The notes under the pieces were generated by a model that was given only the letters and a program-made list of their open reading frames with translations, had not been told where the DNA came from and did not search any database. The position numbers and the translations under genes were made by a program. Positions 1-13,059 of a DNA stretch of 64,000 bases are shown piece after piece (within the stretch, counting starts at the first letter, position 1; every line of letters starts with the position of its first letter). The stretch covers positions 76,260,001-76,324,000 of the forward strand of contig OZ024740.1 of assembly GCA_964016885.1 (NCBI GenBank), in the 5' to 3' direction. This DNA is from Eledone cirrhosa. Taxonomy: Eukaryota.

Positions 1-1846
1 CAGCCCCTGAAAACGGGTCCGAAGCCTGCCGCCGCTAGCACCGCATCCAGGTAGCCATGGTCGACCCTATCGAATGCCTTAGATTGATCCAAGTTGATCA
101 GGGCCCCACCAAAGCCGGGTTCGTTCCCAACCCTCTCTATGATGTATCGCATGAGGTGGCGGTTATCGTGGATGGACCTGGACGGGATAGCACATGTCTG
201 CGCATCTCCCACCAGGTTGCCCACGACAAGCGCCAGCCTCTTTGCTAGCACCTTGGCCAAAATCTGTAACTCTGTATTTAGCAGAGTTATGGGCCTGAAA
301 TTATTTATATCGTCCCCGTTGTTCTCGTCCTTCCTCACTAGCGTGACTACGCCCTTGGTCACAGTACAGGGAATTCTCCCGTTCTGTTGCCAGTTGCAGT
401 AGACCGCCTCGAGGAGATCGGGGAACAAGTCCGGCATAGCTAGATATAGTTCGTATGGAAGACCATCGAGACCCGGGGATTTGCGTCTGCCGCATTGGCT
501 CAGCACGTCCTCTATCTCAGCGGCTGAAATCGGCTCCTCGCAGGACTTTGCCTCCCTGTCCGAGAGACGCGGCAGGCCGTCGAGGTATGGACCGAAGTCC
601 ACGTCCCCAACCGGCCCCCCGCCCCTTCCGAACAATCCGGCAAAGTGCTTTTGAAAAGCCTCGCACATCTGCTTAGGTTCAAGGATCACCCGTCCATCCT
701 GGTCTCGCAAAGACCGGAGAGTGGATCTGCTCCCCCTTTTGGCTTCTGTCACGCGGGCCCAGCTAACAGCTTTGGTCCCCTCGTTTCCCAGAGCACGTAT
801 TTTGCTTCGGACGATGCAGCCTTCGTGTTTCGCGTCGAAGAACTGGCCCAGGGCCGTTCTCGACGCTAGCACTCTGGCCACGTCGCCGCTTCTAATTGCC
901 TCTTCTACACTATCTACCAACTCCCTTTCCTTCCTATTTCTATTTGAGGCTAACTCCTTACTAAATTCTATAGAGACTACTCTAATCTCTCTTTTGAGAG
1001 ATCCCCACCACCTGCTGTTGACGATGGCGCCCGTCAACCGCTTCTTAACTAAAGTGCTAATCCGGTCCCTGTAAGCCTTACTTGCCGGTAAGGACAAGTT
1101 GAGCTTCCAGTAACCGGGGCCCTGTCTATGAGTTCTGTCAAGGTTGATCATGCAGGTCACTAACTTGTGGTCTGAATAGCCAACCATGCGCATTTTTGGA
1201 CAACTTAAAAAGTCCTTATCCTTAATTCTAACTAAGAACCTATCTAGCTACGACCTAGATGATCCGCTACGATTTGCCCAAGTCCAGGTTGGCGCAGTCG
1301 GAAAATCTAGTCGATATCTATCGGCCAGGTCAAATCGACCGATTAACCCTTTGAGGCTATTACACCCCTCTCTATCGGGACAGGCCCCTACGTAGTCCCA
1401 GCGTGCATCTAGGATACCATTCAAGTCCCCCACTAATAGCAAGGAGCGGGACGCCCCTAGAAAAGTCTCCAGACGATGGAAGAAGTCCGGCCGCATTGAC
1501 CCGAAAGGGCCGTAGGCGGCTGCCAACCTAAACGCTCCGCCTTTACCACTGCCAAGGTCCAGAACCACTAGTCGACCCCCGGGTCCAAATGTACCATCTG
1601 TGTTGCGAGACCCAGATGTTTTTGCAGCAGAACGACAACTCCACCCCCACCTCCGGGCTGACAGAGTGATGCGTGCATCTCAAAGTCATCAAAGGTGGGG
1701 GCCAGCTGTCGCACGTTGCTGATCCGGGCCTCGCAAATAACCATCACATCTATACGTTGTGACCTGAGGTCATTTAGAAGCATTGCTTGCTTCCAAGTTG
1801 AGCCCAGGCCACGCGCATTTAAACAGCCTACTCTTAGCATAGCCAT
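1..1846 (-). pseudogene. E1 ORF2 (APE endonuclease and start of RT), disrupted
   Basis: Starts MAMLRVGCLNARGL at 1846; frameshift near 1568; in-frame stop near 1248; RT motifs continue to position 1. Confidence 0.85.
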
Positions 1847-1870
1847 GTTGGTGGTGAAGAGAAAAGGCAC

Positions 1871-3633
1871 TTACCTCTCTGCGTCCCGGGTATCGGGCTG
1901 CACAATTTCCATGAGGGTGGGGGATGGGTTGTTGGGTGGGGTGGTGGTTTGTGGAAGTGTAGGGGCATCAGTGTGTTGTGTGGTTGGGGAGCTTGGAGTT
2001 GTGTGGGTGTTTTGGGAGGGGGTGGGGTAGTTTTTTAGGAGGACGCGGTTAATGGGCCCGACCCAGGGGGGACCCACGTCCTCTTTAAAATTGTTTTTTA
2101 AAGTTTTATAGGTATCCTGTGGGGCCTTAATCATTTTGAGGTGGGGGAAATCCCCTGCCTGGGTGAAGTTGGGCGCTTGTGTTTTTATTAGATTGTTGTT
2201 GTACACAATGTTTAACAGTTTTTTGTTTCTTGTGTTTATGTATGTGTATGCATGTTTTTGTTTTTGTGTGGTGTTTTTTGTTTGCTGTTGTTGTGAGCTC
2301 TTTTGTGTTGGTGTCAGTGTTATGTTTTTGGGAGGGGTTGTTTTCATTTGTGTGTCTGAGGTGTGTTTTCTTTTTTTTCTTTTGATTGTGTGGAAGTGCT
2401 CCTCCTCGTCTGACGACGAACTAGGGTCATCTTCCGCGTTGGAGGGGAGGGGTATATTTTCGGGTTGTGTTTGCGGTGCGGGTGTTTTGGAAATTGTTTT
2501 TGTTTTTTGAGTGGAGGGGATGGGTTGGACATTGTTTTGTTTTGGTTTGAGCTGTGGTGGTTGTTTTTGTAGTGGTAGTTGTCGTGATTGTGTTGGTTGT
2601 GCAGTTGTTGGTGGTGTAGGCAGGATTGGGGTTTTCTTATTAAGTTGGGGACAGACAGCCCTCAGGTGACCTCTGGTTCCGCAGAGGTAACACGAGGGCC
2701 GTCTACCCTCAACGGTAATGTTGATGAAGGTTAGATCATCCAGTATGACGCGTTCAGGGATCTGGGCGATCCTTTCGGGCCTCATTTGAACTACAAGTTC
2801 GAGGCTCGTTCCACTGAACGCGTCACCCGATGCCTTTCCCATGGACACCAGCATGTCATCCTCCAGGTCCAGGAAACCTGTCAAAACCCACCATATGTCC
2901 ATAATCGGCAGGATGGTGTGGATTTTTATTTTTTGTGTTCTTCTACCCATGTACGTAGGGTAGAAGGTGTATGCGGTGGATGTGATTGGTTTGATGGACA
3001 GTTTCACTGCTGTGTCCCTGTCCTTCATGAGAATGGATAGACTCCCGTAGAGTCTATCCTTCTGAATGAAGGTGATGTCCTTCATGACGTCTTTTAAAAC
3101 CAGCTCTATCTCGCTCTGTGATGGTTGAGCTGGTTTTTTACTTTTATTCGAGATTGTCCTAAACATGACCGGGGGGAATGGATTGTGAATGAACCATTTT
3201 CCCCGTACACCATATATTTTTTCGCATCTGCCAGTAGCTCCTTCGCTTTGGTTATATCTACTGGCAGATAGTCGAGGGTTTTCCTTGTCGTCTCGGCAAA
3301 GGAGAAATTTTGTTTGTTTGTGTTGTTGTTGTCGTTGGTGGTGTTGTTGTTATCATTGTTGTTGTTGTCACAGTTATTGGTCTTGTCGTTGTTGTTATTG
3401 TTATTGGTGTTGTTTTCGTCCGTCGCATTGTTGTTGTTGTTGCTGTTGCTGGTGCCGCTGGTTCTTTGGGTTGTTGCCATGGCAACGTCAAGTTGTCGGT
3501 TAACAGGTGGAGGGAATTCTTCCTCTGGCTGACCTTTCTTCTTGACCTCTGCTACTGTGACAGTGGAAGGGGGAAGCTGTAAGTTTATCTTCCCCTTTCC
3601 TCCTTCGAATTTTGGTGAAGAAGCTTCAGCCAT
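1871..3633 (-). pseudogene. E1 ORF1 (gag-like, zinc knuckle), split by one frameshift/deletion near 3106-3170
   Basis: ORF track 3106..3633 (poly-Asn N-terminus) plus 1871..3166 (CYLCGTRGHLRAVC, P/Q/T-rich linker, KRKKRK); collinear with E3 ORF1. Confidence 0.85.
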
Positions 3634-3860
3634 TTAAAAAAATATTAACTTTTCAACAAGAAAAAACTTTTTTTTTGTTTAACTATTTCGCCTAAAGGCG
3701 TAGAATATTTTGAGAGACTGACCAGATCAAAGTTTGACCTGGCAGTCCCTCTACAAAATGGTACAAAAATTAAAGTTATCAGACAAGAATTTCTATAGAA
3801 ATTTAAACAGAACTTACTCAGCAAGTTATACGCGTGTGTCCATCCCAGATTAGATTACAA

Positions 3861-3915
<55 letters not shown>
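3861..3915. repeat. (ATAG)n microsatellite between E1 5' end and E2 3' end
   Basis: Perfect tandem ATAG run read directly. Confidence 0.97.
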
Positions 3916-4060
3916 CATTTCTTTATTTGCCACAAAGGCGCACAAGGGGACAAAGACATGCCGGGGATTTTACATACAGTCGTGTAAAAAATATAAAACA
4001 AACAATTACAACAATCGAAATCCCCAATAGGGGGGGGGGGGAGCGCCACACATGGGTTGT

Positions 4061-7000
4061 TTAATGCTTAAAGAAGGGAATCAATTGTTGTTTGGAGAGA
4101 AAGGCATTTGCCCTCAGTCCTCTCAATCTCGTCCACCATATAACTTCTTTCACCATAACCACTGTACAGAAGAAAACCGCCTCTCTTTTGTTTTTGAAAG
4201 AGGCTGGCGGTTTGATCCTTACTATGGACTCGGCAGTCAACTGGATTTGTCCCATACGCGACAGCAGTTGTTCTGCATAGTTCCACAGGACGGTTTCAAT
4301 GTCCTGCGCGCATCTTGGACACGTCCTCTTGGAAGAATCCCTGCCGGGGCGTCCGTGCCTGTAGATCTTGTCACGAACCGGTAGAGCTCCTCGGTAACAC
4401 TGCCAGGCCAGGGACTTCTGGAAGTTGTCCATAGGTCCCGGGCGGAAAGTCCTACCAAACAGACTGGTGAGCTCATCATCTTCGACGCCAGAGTCTCTCC
4501 GAGCACGTCGTCGCCCTTGTAACGTACACTCCCTCTATAGAATGTCGAAGTGGAGTCTCCACTGATTGCTGTGCCCGCTTGCCAGAGGACTGTAAGCGCC
4601 TGAGCGCATTCAATATGCCAGGCGCCCATCGTTTTCGGTCTTTTCTTGACCCAGGACTGCAGCTCCGTCAGCGAGACGAGCTGCGGGAAAGCCTGTCTCC
4701 CAAACGATGCCCACACCGGTTGGGGGTCGGTGAGGAATACCTGGAGATGCCACAGCCTCAGCGCATGTTTGCGTATCATCAACCACGGCATTCCCAGCCC
4801 TCCGTTGGAAGGGTGCTGACAGCAGACGAATCTCCTCACCAGCGGAGCCTGCTTCTTCCACAGTAACTGGAAGAGCATGCGTTCCATCTTGGCGAGGTGT
4901 TCACGGGGGCAAGGCACGACAGTCAAGCCGTAGTAGATGACGGACGCTATGAAAGTGTTCGCCACCTCCGCTCGATCTTTCAAGGACAGTTTGCACTCTT
5001 CCCACTTCTGGGTGAGCGCAAACACCTTGGCCGTGACCTCTTTTCAGTTTTTCTCCACCTGGAGGTCTGGACCGAACCAGACCTCGAGCAATTTCACCGG
5101 TCCGTCCGTCCAGCGTCCAACGACGCTGACGGACGTCATCGGTTGGCCTCTCCACGTACCGAGTTGCAAACCGACAGACTTATCCGGGTTTAGTTTTGCG
5201 CCCGTCAGCGTTTCGTATTCTTTCAGTAAGTTGTCGATCACCCCGATTTCCGAGGTGCTCAACACAATTACCGTCACGTCGACGGCATAAGCCGAAGACG
5301 CATTGCGCAGTCCCGGTTCTAGAGGGATGCCCTGCAACAGCTCCAATTTCCGCAGTAGTGACTCTAGAGTCAATACATCAGAATGGAGGAGAGAGGGCAC
5401 CCCTGTCGAATGGAACGCGTGATTGCGAACGGCTCCGATAGGTAGCCGTTCACCTTCACCTTCGAGCAGATGCTGGTGTGCATCGCCTTGATCCAGCCTC
5501 TGAAAACGGGACCGAAACCGGCCGCCTTGAGAACCGCTTCCAAGTATCGATGGTCGACCCTATCGAATGCCTTAGACTGATCTAAATTGATCAGAGTCCC
5601 ACCAAAGACGGGTTTACACCCAACCCTTTCTATGATGTATCGCATGAGGTGGAGGTTGTCGTGTATGGACTTGGTCGGGATTGCACACGTTTGCGCTTTC
5701 CCTACCAGGTTGTCGACGACAAGCGCCAAACTCGTCGCTAGCACCTTGGCCAAAATCATTAACTCTGTGTTGAGCAGAGTTATGGGCCTGCAGTTGTTAA
5801 TTTCGTCCTCCTTGTTCTCGTCTTTCCTGATCAGCGTTACTACGCTCTTGCCTGCAGAACTGGGAATTGTCCCGTTCTGCTGCCAATTGCAGTAGACGGC
5901 TTCGAGGACACCAGAGAACAAGTCCGGCATGCCTATGTAAACTCATAGGGTTGACCATCTAGACCGGGTGACTTGCGTTTCCCGCAGCGGCCCAGAGCGT
6001 CCCGTATTTCAGTGTCCGTGATCGGTCTTTCGCAGAACTCGGCGTCCGTGTTCGAGAGACGCGGCAGGCTCACCGTCTTTCTGCTCAAACAGTCGCGCAA
6101 AGTGCTGCTGAAAAGCCGCGCATATTTGCTTGGGGTCATGTAGCAAGCGTCTGTTTTGGTCTTTCAAAGACCGAATCGTGGACTTGTTGCCACTGTTTGC
6201 CTCCGCCACTCGGGCCCAGCTGACAGCTTTCGCTCCTTCGTTTCCTGAGCACGTGTTTTGCTTCTGACCACGCAGCCTTCGTGTTTCGCATCGAAGAACT
6301 GGTCCAGCACCGTTCTCGAGGCTAACACTCTAGCCGCGTTGCCACTTCTAAGTGCCTCCTCTACCTTAGCTACTAGTTCTTTTTCTATTTTGTTTTTCTC
6401 TAAGGCTAACTCTCAGCTAAACCCTATCGATTCTATTCTAATTGCTTTCTTGAGAGAGTACCACCATTTATTGTTGACGATGGCTCCCGTTAACTGTTGC
6501 TTGACTAGTCTATTTATCCGTTCACTATACGTCCCGGCAACGATACATTCAGCTTCCAGTATCCGGGTCCTTGTCTATGTGTTCTATCACGGTTGACTAA
6601 GCAGACGACTAATTTGCAATCTGAAAAGGCAATCATATGCATTCGTAGACAGCTTAACATCTCCTTGTCCCTTTCTCTAATGAAGAACCTATCTAAATAC
6701 GATTTAGATGTCCCGCTGCGGTTTGCCCACGTCCACTGTGGTGCAGTCGGGAAATCCAGTCGATACCTATCGGCCAGTTGGAATTGGCTGATTAAAGTTT
6801 TGAGGCTGTTGAACCCCCCTCTACTGGGACATGCTCCCACATAGTCCCATCGTGCATCTAGTATACCATTCCAGTCACCCACTAAAAGTAAGGATCGAGA
6901 CGTTCACAGAAAAGTCTCTAGACGCTTAAAGAAGTCTGGCCGTGATTGCGATTGCCCGGTCGAGGCATAAACGGCCACCAGTCTGAAGGCTCCACCTCCA

Positions 7001-7301
7001 ATACTGTTCACGTCTAGGACTACCAGTCTACCCTCCGGGTCCAAGTGTACTTGCTGTACTTTGACGTCCAGGTTCTTCCGAAACATGACAGCCACTCCCC
7101 TCCACATCCTGGCTGACAGAGAGATACGTAGATCTCAAAGTCGTCGAAAATGGGGGTTAGTTGCTGCCTGTTGTGGATCCTGGACTCGGTGATGGCTATC
7201 ACATCCATACCGTGTGATATAAGGTCGTTTAAAAGTTGGCCATATTTCCAGGGCATCCCTAGGCTACGCACATTCACGCTTCCAACTCGTAAACTAGCCA
7301 T
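4061..7301 (-). pseudogene. E2 ORF2 (endonuclease, RT, CCHC) with multiple stops, frameshifts and deletions
   Basis: Fragments MASLRVGS..., GDWNG, LDQSKAFDRV, IRQGCPLS, YAVD (mutated YADD), CPRC. Confidence 0.88.
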
Positions 7302-7342
7302 GTTAGTGAAGAAGAGTTGGAGAAAAAGGACGAAAGGTGCAC

Positions 7343-9113
7343 TTACCTTTTCGTTTCCTGGAGATCGGGTTGTTCAATCTCCATTTGGGTGCTGGATGTG
7401 GTGTAGGGTGGGATGGGGAAACATTTTGACAGGACGCGGTTGATGGGTTTCTGGCAGGGGTTGCCCACGTCCTGTTAAAATTTATTTTTCAGGTCATTAT
7501 AGGTTTCCATAGAAACCTTTATAAGTTTAAGGTGTGGAGACGATTCTGCTTTGACGAAAGTTTTGCCCTCCGTCTCCACCTTGGGGTTTTGGGAGATGAC
7601 CTCCATCAAACTCTTGTTGTTTGTGTTGATGTATGCGTATTGTTGCTTGTTTTTGTTGTGTTGGTTTAGTTTGTTGTTCGTCCGGGAGTTTTCTTTTTAT
7701 GGTGGGTGCTTGTGTTTGGGGTGGTGTTGGTGTTGGTTTTGCTGGTAGGGGGATGTTTAACTGTGGTGTTGTTTGTGTTGTTGTTTGTATCTGTGGTTGT
7801 GTGTTGGTTTTGGTGATTGGAATTTTTGGGGTTTTGTGGTGTCTCTTTTTTTGTTTTTTTTAGATTTCCGCGGCTCTCCCTCTTCTTCACTTAAAGAAGG
7901 AGAAGCTTCATCCGTCGATGAATAATCATCATCAGGAGTGTGGGGGTAGGGGTATGTTTCGGTGTGTGTGTTTGTGGTAGTGTTTGATGGAGTGGGATGC
8001 GGTGGGGCTGTGTTCTTCAGGGGTGTTGTCTGTTTTTTCTGTTGTTGTTGGTTGAGTGGCTGTTTGTTTTGGTGTGTTTGCTCGTTTCGTCTGTTGTTGT
8101 TGTTGTTGTGGTGGTGGTGATTGTTTTGGTGTTGGTGTTGGTAAAAGTACTTTTTTTTTTTAAAGATTTGTTTGTAAAGGGCAGGAGGCTTTTAGGAGTG
8201 ATGTGCTTGCACATCGAAAACAGTGTGGCTTTCTGCCCCCAGTTACGATGTTGATGTAGTTCTGGTTGTCGACCAGCACTCTTTCGGGGATTTTGGAAAT
8301 TCTTTCTGGTGTCATTTGTATCAGATTTTCAAAATTTGTCCCTGCCCACCTTTGTCTGGTCGATTTCCTGATCGAAAGAATTGTATCACTTTCTGGCTCT
8401 ATAAAACCGTACATTATTTATTTTAATTTTTTTAGTTCTTTTTCCCATATAAGTAGGGAAAAAGGTGTGTGCTTTTGTGATGACTGGTGTAACAGAATGC
8501 TTTTGTGCGAGGGCCTCGCTTGTAAAAAGTACCGAAACACTTCTATATATTCTGGCCCTCTGCATAAAATCAATGTCCGGCAGAGCCTCTTTCAGGGATG
8601 TTTCAATTTATCCTTGACTGAGGAATACCGGTTTTTCGTTTGATTTGAAACAGTTCGGAAGGTTACTGTCCTTCGAACTGTTTCTCGTTTAATTTGTAAG
8701 GATGAGTTTATATGAAACCCACCCTGTTCTTCAAAGGTTATGAATTGTTTTGCATCGGTCAACATTTGTTTGGAGTTGCTTATGTCGATGTGTTTGTACT
8801 CCGTTTTATTTATCACAGTCTGTGCGAATGTTGTTTTTTCAATTTTGCTGTTGGTGGTTTTTTCGTTTGTAGTTGTGTCAATTGTTTCAATTTCTGTATT
8901 TTCTGTATTTTTTGGTGTCTGTTGTGGGCTGTTATTTTTATCTTTTGTTGTGTAAATATCCATTTCTTTACAAAACGAAGTTTTGTTGTTGTTCGTTTCC
9001 ATAGATACTTCTATGGAACTAGAGGGAGATATAACGCTTATATCTGTCTCTTTCCTTCTCTTTTCGCAGTCTAGCGTTCGTTGTAAGTTACACATTGTTA
9101 AAGTTAGGAACAT
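7343..9113 (-). pseudogene. E2 ORF1, disrupted
   Basis: Fragments 8592..9113 and 8160..8414 (KPHCFRC, degenerate knuckle), homologous to E7 ORF1; ends ...QETKR*. Confidence 0.8.
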
Positions 9114-9297
9114 TTTAAAATCTTGTCAATATTTTAAAATTAAATTTCCGCCCCTGTGGGGCGAAAACTGAGATTACAACCCAGCTGACAATACAGCCTA
9201 GGTGTTAATCTATCAAACAATATAACATTTTACACAATGAATTCTGTTTTTGTATGGAAAATTTTACAAAAACTTACCAGCGATCAACCGCACGTCC

Positions 9298-9333
9298 GAT
9301 AGAGAGAGAGATAGATAGATAGATAGATAGATA
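9298..9333. repeat. (GA)n/(GATA)n microsatellite between E2 and E3
   Basis: Read directly. Confidence 0.95.
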
Positions 9334-9598
9334 TGTTTCTTTTATTTGCCACCAGGGCATCAAAAGTGGGACAAGTACAAAGGGGGGAGTTTACACAAAA
9401 AGGCGTCCTCAATAAGGAGGAGGCAATAACAATGTATAAAAATAAAATAAAATATAACAAAAAATTAAAATTTATAACAAAATCCTCAATAGAGAGGAGG
9501 CGCCTTGGGGGGTCGCACACACCCCCGAAAAAAGTGTGCAACCCTTTTCCTCAGGAGCACAGAGAGGGGGTGCTCCCTCGTTCCTTCCTCTTTTCCAC

Positions 9599-12500
9599 CT
9601 ACAGGCTTATGTAAAGAGAAGGCCCATTCACACAGGCCATTCTCGCCACTTTCACCCACCTTTCATAAAAACGACTGGGGTGGAGCACCTCTCTCTCCAT
9701 CCTGATCCTTCTTCCGAAATGATATCGGAAGAAACGGACCAGTTGTGGCCAGAGAGAAAGGTGCCTGACCTCAGTCCTTTCAGACGCGTCCACCATACAA
9801 CTTCTTTCACCATGGCTATTACGCACAGAAACAGCGCCTCTCCTTCATCTTTGAAGGGGGGAGGCGGCTTGATCATTACAATAGACTCGGTGGTCAACCG
9901 GATCGGTCCCACCCTTGACAGCAGTTGTTCGACATAGCCCCACAGATCGGCTACGCCCGAGCAGTGTACCAATGCGTGTGCAACGGTTTCCTCGTCGCAC
10001 ACGCATCTGGGACAGATCTTTTTGGCGGGGTCCCTACCCGGGCGCCCGTGTCTGTAGAGCTTTTCTCGGACGGGTAGAGCCCCTCGGTAGCACTGCCAGG
10101 CCAGGGACTTCTGGAAGTTGTCCATAGGTCCCGGGCTGAATGTCCTACCGAACAGGCTGGCCAGTTCGTCCTCCTCCATGTCTAGGGCTTCTCCGAGGGC
10201 GTCGTCGCACCTGCTGCGTACCAGCCCTCTATAGAATGTTGCGGTGGAGTCTCCACTGATAACCGGATCCGCCTGCCAGAGGGCGGTGAGCGCCTGGGCA
10301 CACTCAGTGTGCCAGGCTCCCAGTTTTCTCGGTCTTTGCTTGACCCAGGATTGCAGCTCGGTGAGTGAGACGAGTCTGGGAAAGGCTCGCCTCACAAACG
10401 AGGCCCACACCGGTTGACCGGTGAGGAATACGTAGAGGTGCCGTAGCCTTAATGCGTGTTTACGCATCATTAGCCACGGCATCCCCAGCCCTCCTTTCGA
10501 AGGGTGTTGACAGCAGATGGATCTCCTCACCATAGGCGCCCGCCTCTTCCAAAGGAATTGGAAGAGCGCGCGCTCCATCTTGGTGAGGGTTTCCCTTGGG
10601 GAGGGCACTACTGTCAGGCGGTAGTAGATGACGGACGCTATGTAGGTGTTCGCCACCTCCGCCCGACCTTTCAGGGATAGTTTGCAACTGGCCCACTTCT
10701 GGGTCAGTGCAAACACCCTGTTCGTAACCTCCGCCCAGTTCTTCTCCACCTGGAGGTCCGGTCCGAACCAGACCCCGAGCAACTTCACCGGGCCCTCCGT
10801 CCAGCGTCCGACGACGCCATCGGAGGGCATTGGTCTGCCCCTCCACGTGCCGAGTTGCAAACCGATCGACTTGTCCCGGTTCAGCTTAGCCCCTGTGAAC
10901 CTTTCGTACTCCTCCAGTAAGGTGCCGACCGCCTCGATTTCGGAGGCCGTCGACACCATTACTGTCACGTCATCGGCGTAGGCCGACACTGCTTTCCGCA
11001 ATCCCGGTTCCAAAGGGATGCCCTGAAACAACTCCAACTTCCGCAGTAGTGGCTCGAGAGTCCACACATACAGAAGGGAGGAGAGAGGGCACCCTTGTCG
11101 GATGGACCGCGCGATTTTGAACGGCTCCGAGAAGTAGCCGTTCACCTTGACCCTAGAGCAGATGCGGCTGCTGTGCATAGCAGTGATCCAGCCCCTGAAA
11201 ACGGGTCCGAAGCCTGCCGCCGCTAGCACCGCATCCAGGTAACCATGGTCGACCCTATCGAACGCCTTAGATTGATCCAAGTTGATCAGAGCCCCACCAA
11301 AGCCGGGTTCGTTCCCAACCCTCTCTATGATGTATCGCATGAGGTGGAGGTTGTCATGGATGGACCTGGACGGGATAGCGCATGTCTGCGCATCTCTAAC
11401 CAGGTTGCCCACGACAAGCGCCAACCTCTTTGCTAGCACGTTGGCCAAAATCTGTAACTCTGTATTTAGCAGAATTATGGGCCTGAAGTTACTTATTTCG
11501 TCCCCCTTGTTCTCGTCCTTCCTCACTAGCGTGACTACGCCCTTGGTCACAGTACAGGGAATTCTCCCGTTCTGTTGCCAGTTGCAGTAGACCGCCTCGA
11601 GGAGATCGGGGAACAAGTCCGGCATAGCTAGATATAATTCGTAAGGAAGACCATCGAGACCCGGGGATTTGCGTTTGCCGCATTGGCCCAGCACGTCCTC
11701 TATCTCAGCGGCCGAAATCGGTTCCTCGCAGGACTTCGCCTCCCTGTCCGAGAGACGCGGCAGGCCGTCGAGGTATGGACCGAAGTCCACATTCCCAACC
11801 GGCTCCCCGCCCCTCCCGAACAGTCGGGCAAAGTGCCTTTGAAAGGCCTCACACATCTGCTTAGGCTCAAGAATCGCCCGTCCATCCAGGTCTCGCAAAG
11901 ACCGGATGGTGGATTTAGTTCCACTGTTGGCCTCTGTCACGCAGGCCCAGCTAACAGCTTTGGTCCCCTCGTTCCCTAGAGCACGTATTTTACTTCGGAC
12001 AACGCAGCCTTCGTGCTTCGCGTCGAAAAACTGGCTCAAAGCCGTTCTCGATGCTAGCACTCTGGCCACGTCGCCGCTTCTAATTGCCTCTTCTACTCTA
12101 TCTATTAGCTCCCTTTCCTTCCTATTCCTATCCGCAGCTAGAACCTTACTAAATTCTATCGAGACTACTCTAATCTCTCTCTTTAGAGATACCCACCACC
12201 TGCTGTTGACGATCGCTCCAGTCAACCGTTCCTTAACTAACGTACTAATCCGATCCCTGTAGGCTCTACTTGCCGGCAAGGACAAGTTGAGCTTCCAGTA
12301 ACCGGGGCTCTGTCTATGCGTTCTATCAAGGTTGACCATGCAGGTCACCAACTTGTGGTCTGAGTAGCAAACCATGAGCATTTCTGGACAACTTAAAAAG
12401 TCCCTGTCCTTATTTCTAACTAAAAATCTATCTAGGTACGACCTAGATGATCCGCTGCGATTTGACCAAGACCAGGTTGGCACCGTCGGAAAATCTAGTC

Positions 12501-13035
12501 GAAATCTATCGGCCAGGTCAAATCGGCCGAGTAACCCCTTGAGGCTCTTGCACCCCTCTCTATCGGGACATGCCCCTGCATAGTCCCAACGTGCATCCAG
12601 GATACCATTCCAATCCCCCACTAAGAGCAGGGAACGGGACGTCCCTAGAAAAGACTCCAGGCGCTGGAAAAAGTCGGGCCGCTCTGTCCCGAAAGGGGCA
12701 TATGCGGCTACCAGCCTAAAGGCTCTACCTTCACCACTGCCAAGGTCCAGCACGACCAGTCGACCCCCTGGGTCCAAGTGAACTATCTGTGTTGCAAGGT
12801 CCATATGTTTTTGCAGCAGAACGACAACCCCACCCCCACCTCCGGGCTGACAGAGAGATGCGTGCATCTCAAAGTCGTCAAAGGTGGGGGCTAGCTGCCG
12901 CATGCTGCTGATCCGGGCCTCGCAGATAACCATCACATTTATAGATTGTGACCTGAGGTCATTTAGAAGCATTGCTTGCTTCCAAGACGAGCCCAGGCCA
13001 CGCGCATTTAGACACCCTACTCTTAGCACAGCCAT
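9599..13035 (-). CDS. E3 ORF2: APE endonuclease, reverse transcriptase, C-terminal CCHC zinc finger
   Basis: 1135-aa open frame 9652..13059, likely ATG at 13035 in CACCAAC-ATG-G context; motifs GDWNG, YLDRF, SDHK, KSPGLDGLPYE, DQSKAFDRV, QGCPLS, YADD, CPRC..H....C; a frameshift near 9745 moves the true C-terminus (GPSLYISL*) to 9599. Confidence 0.9.
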
Positions 13036-13059
13036 GTTGGTGGTAAGGAGAAAAGGCAC

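Larger units (their letters stand above)
1..3860 (-). mobile_element. Tx1/L1-clade LINE copy E1 (subfamily A); 5' end intact, 3' part runs off the window
   Basis: 5'UTR abuts (ATAG)n at 3861; ORF1 has a CX2CX4HX4C knuckle; ORF2 has APE endonuclease motifs (GDLNG, SDHK) and RT motifs (FRPITLLN, LDQSKAFDRV); closely similar to E3 and E4. Confidence 0.92.
3916..9298 (-). mobile_element. Tx1/L1-clade LINE copy E2 (subfamily B), full-length, decayed
   Basis: AATAAA (tttatt 3922-3927) next to (ATAG)n; ORF2 fragments 4061-7301; ORF1 fragments 7343-9113; 5' end abuts (GA)n(GATA)n at about 9298. Confidence 0.92.

Noticed and set aside
13036-13059. MPFLLTTN extension of ORF2 from a GTG start
   Set aside because: The GTG lies within the donor/pyrimidine spacer; the start conserved across subfamilies is CAC(C/T)AAC-ATG-GC.
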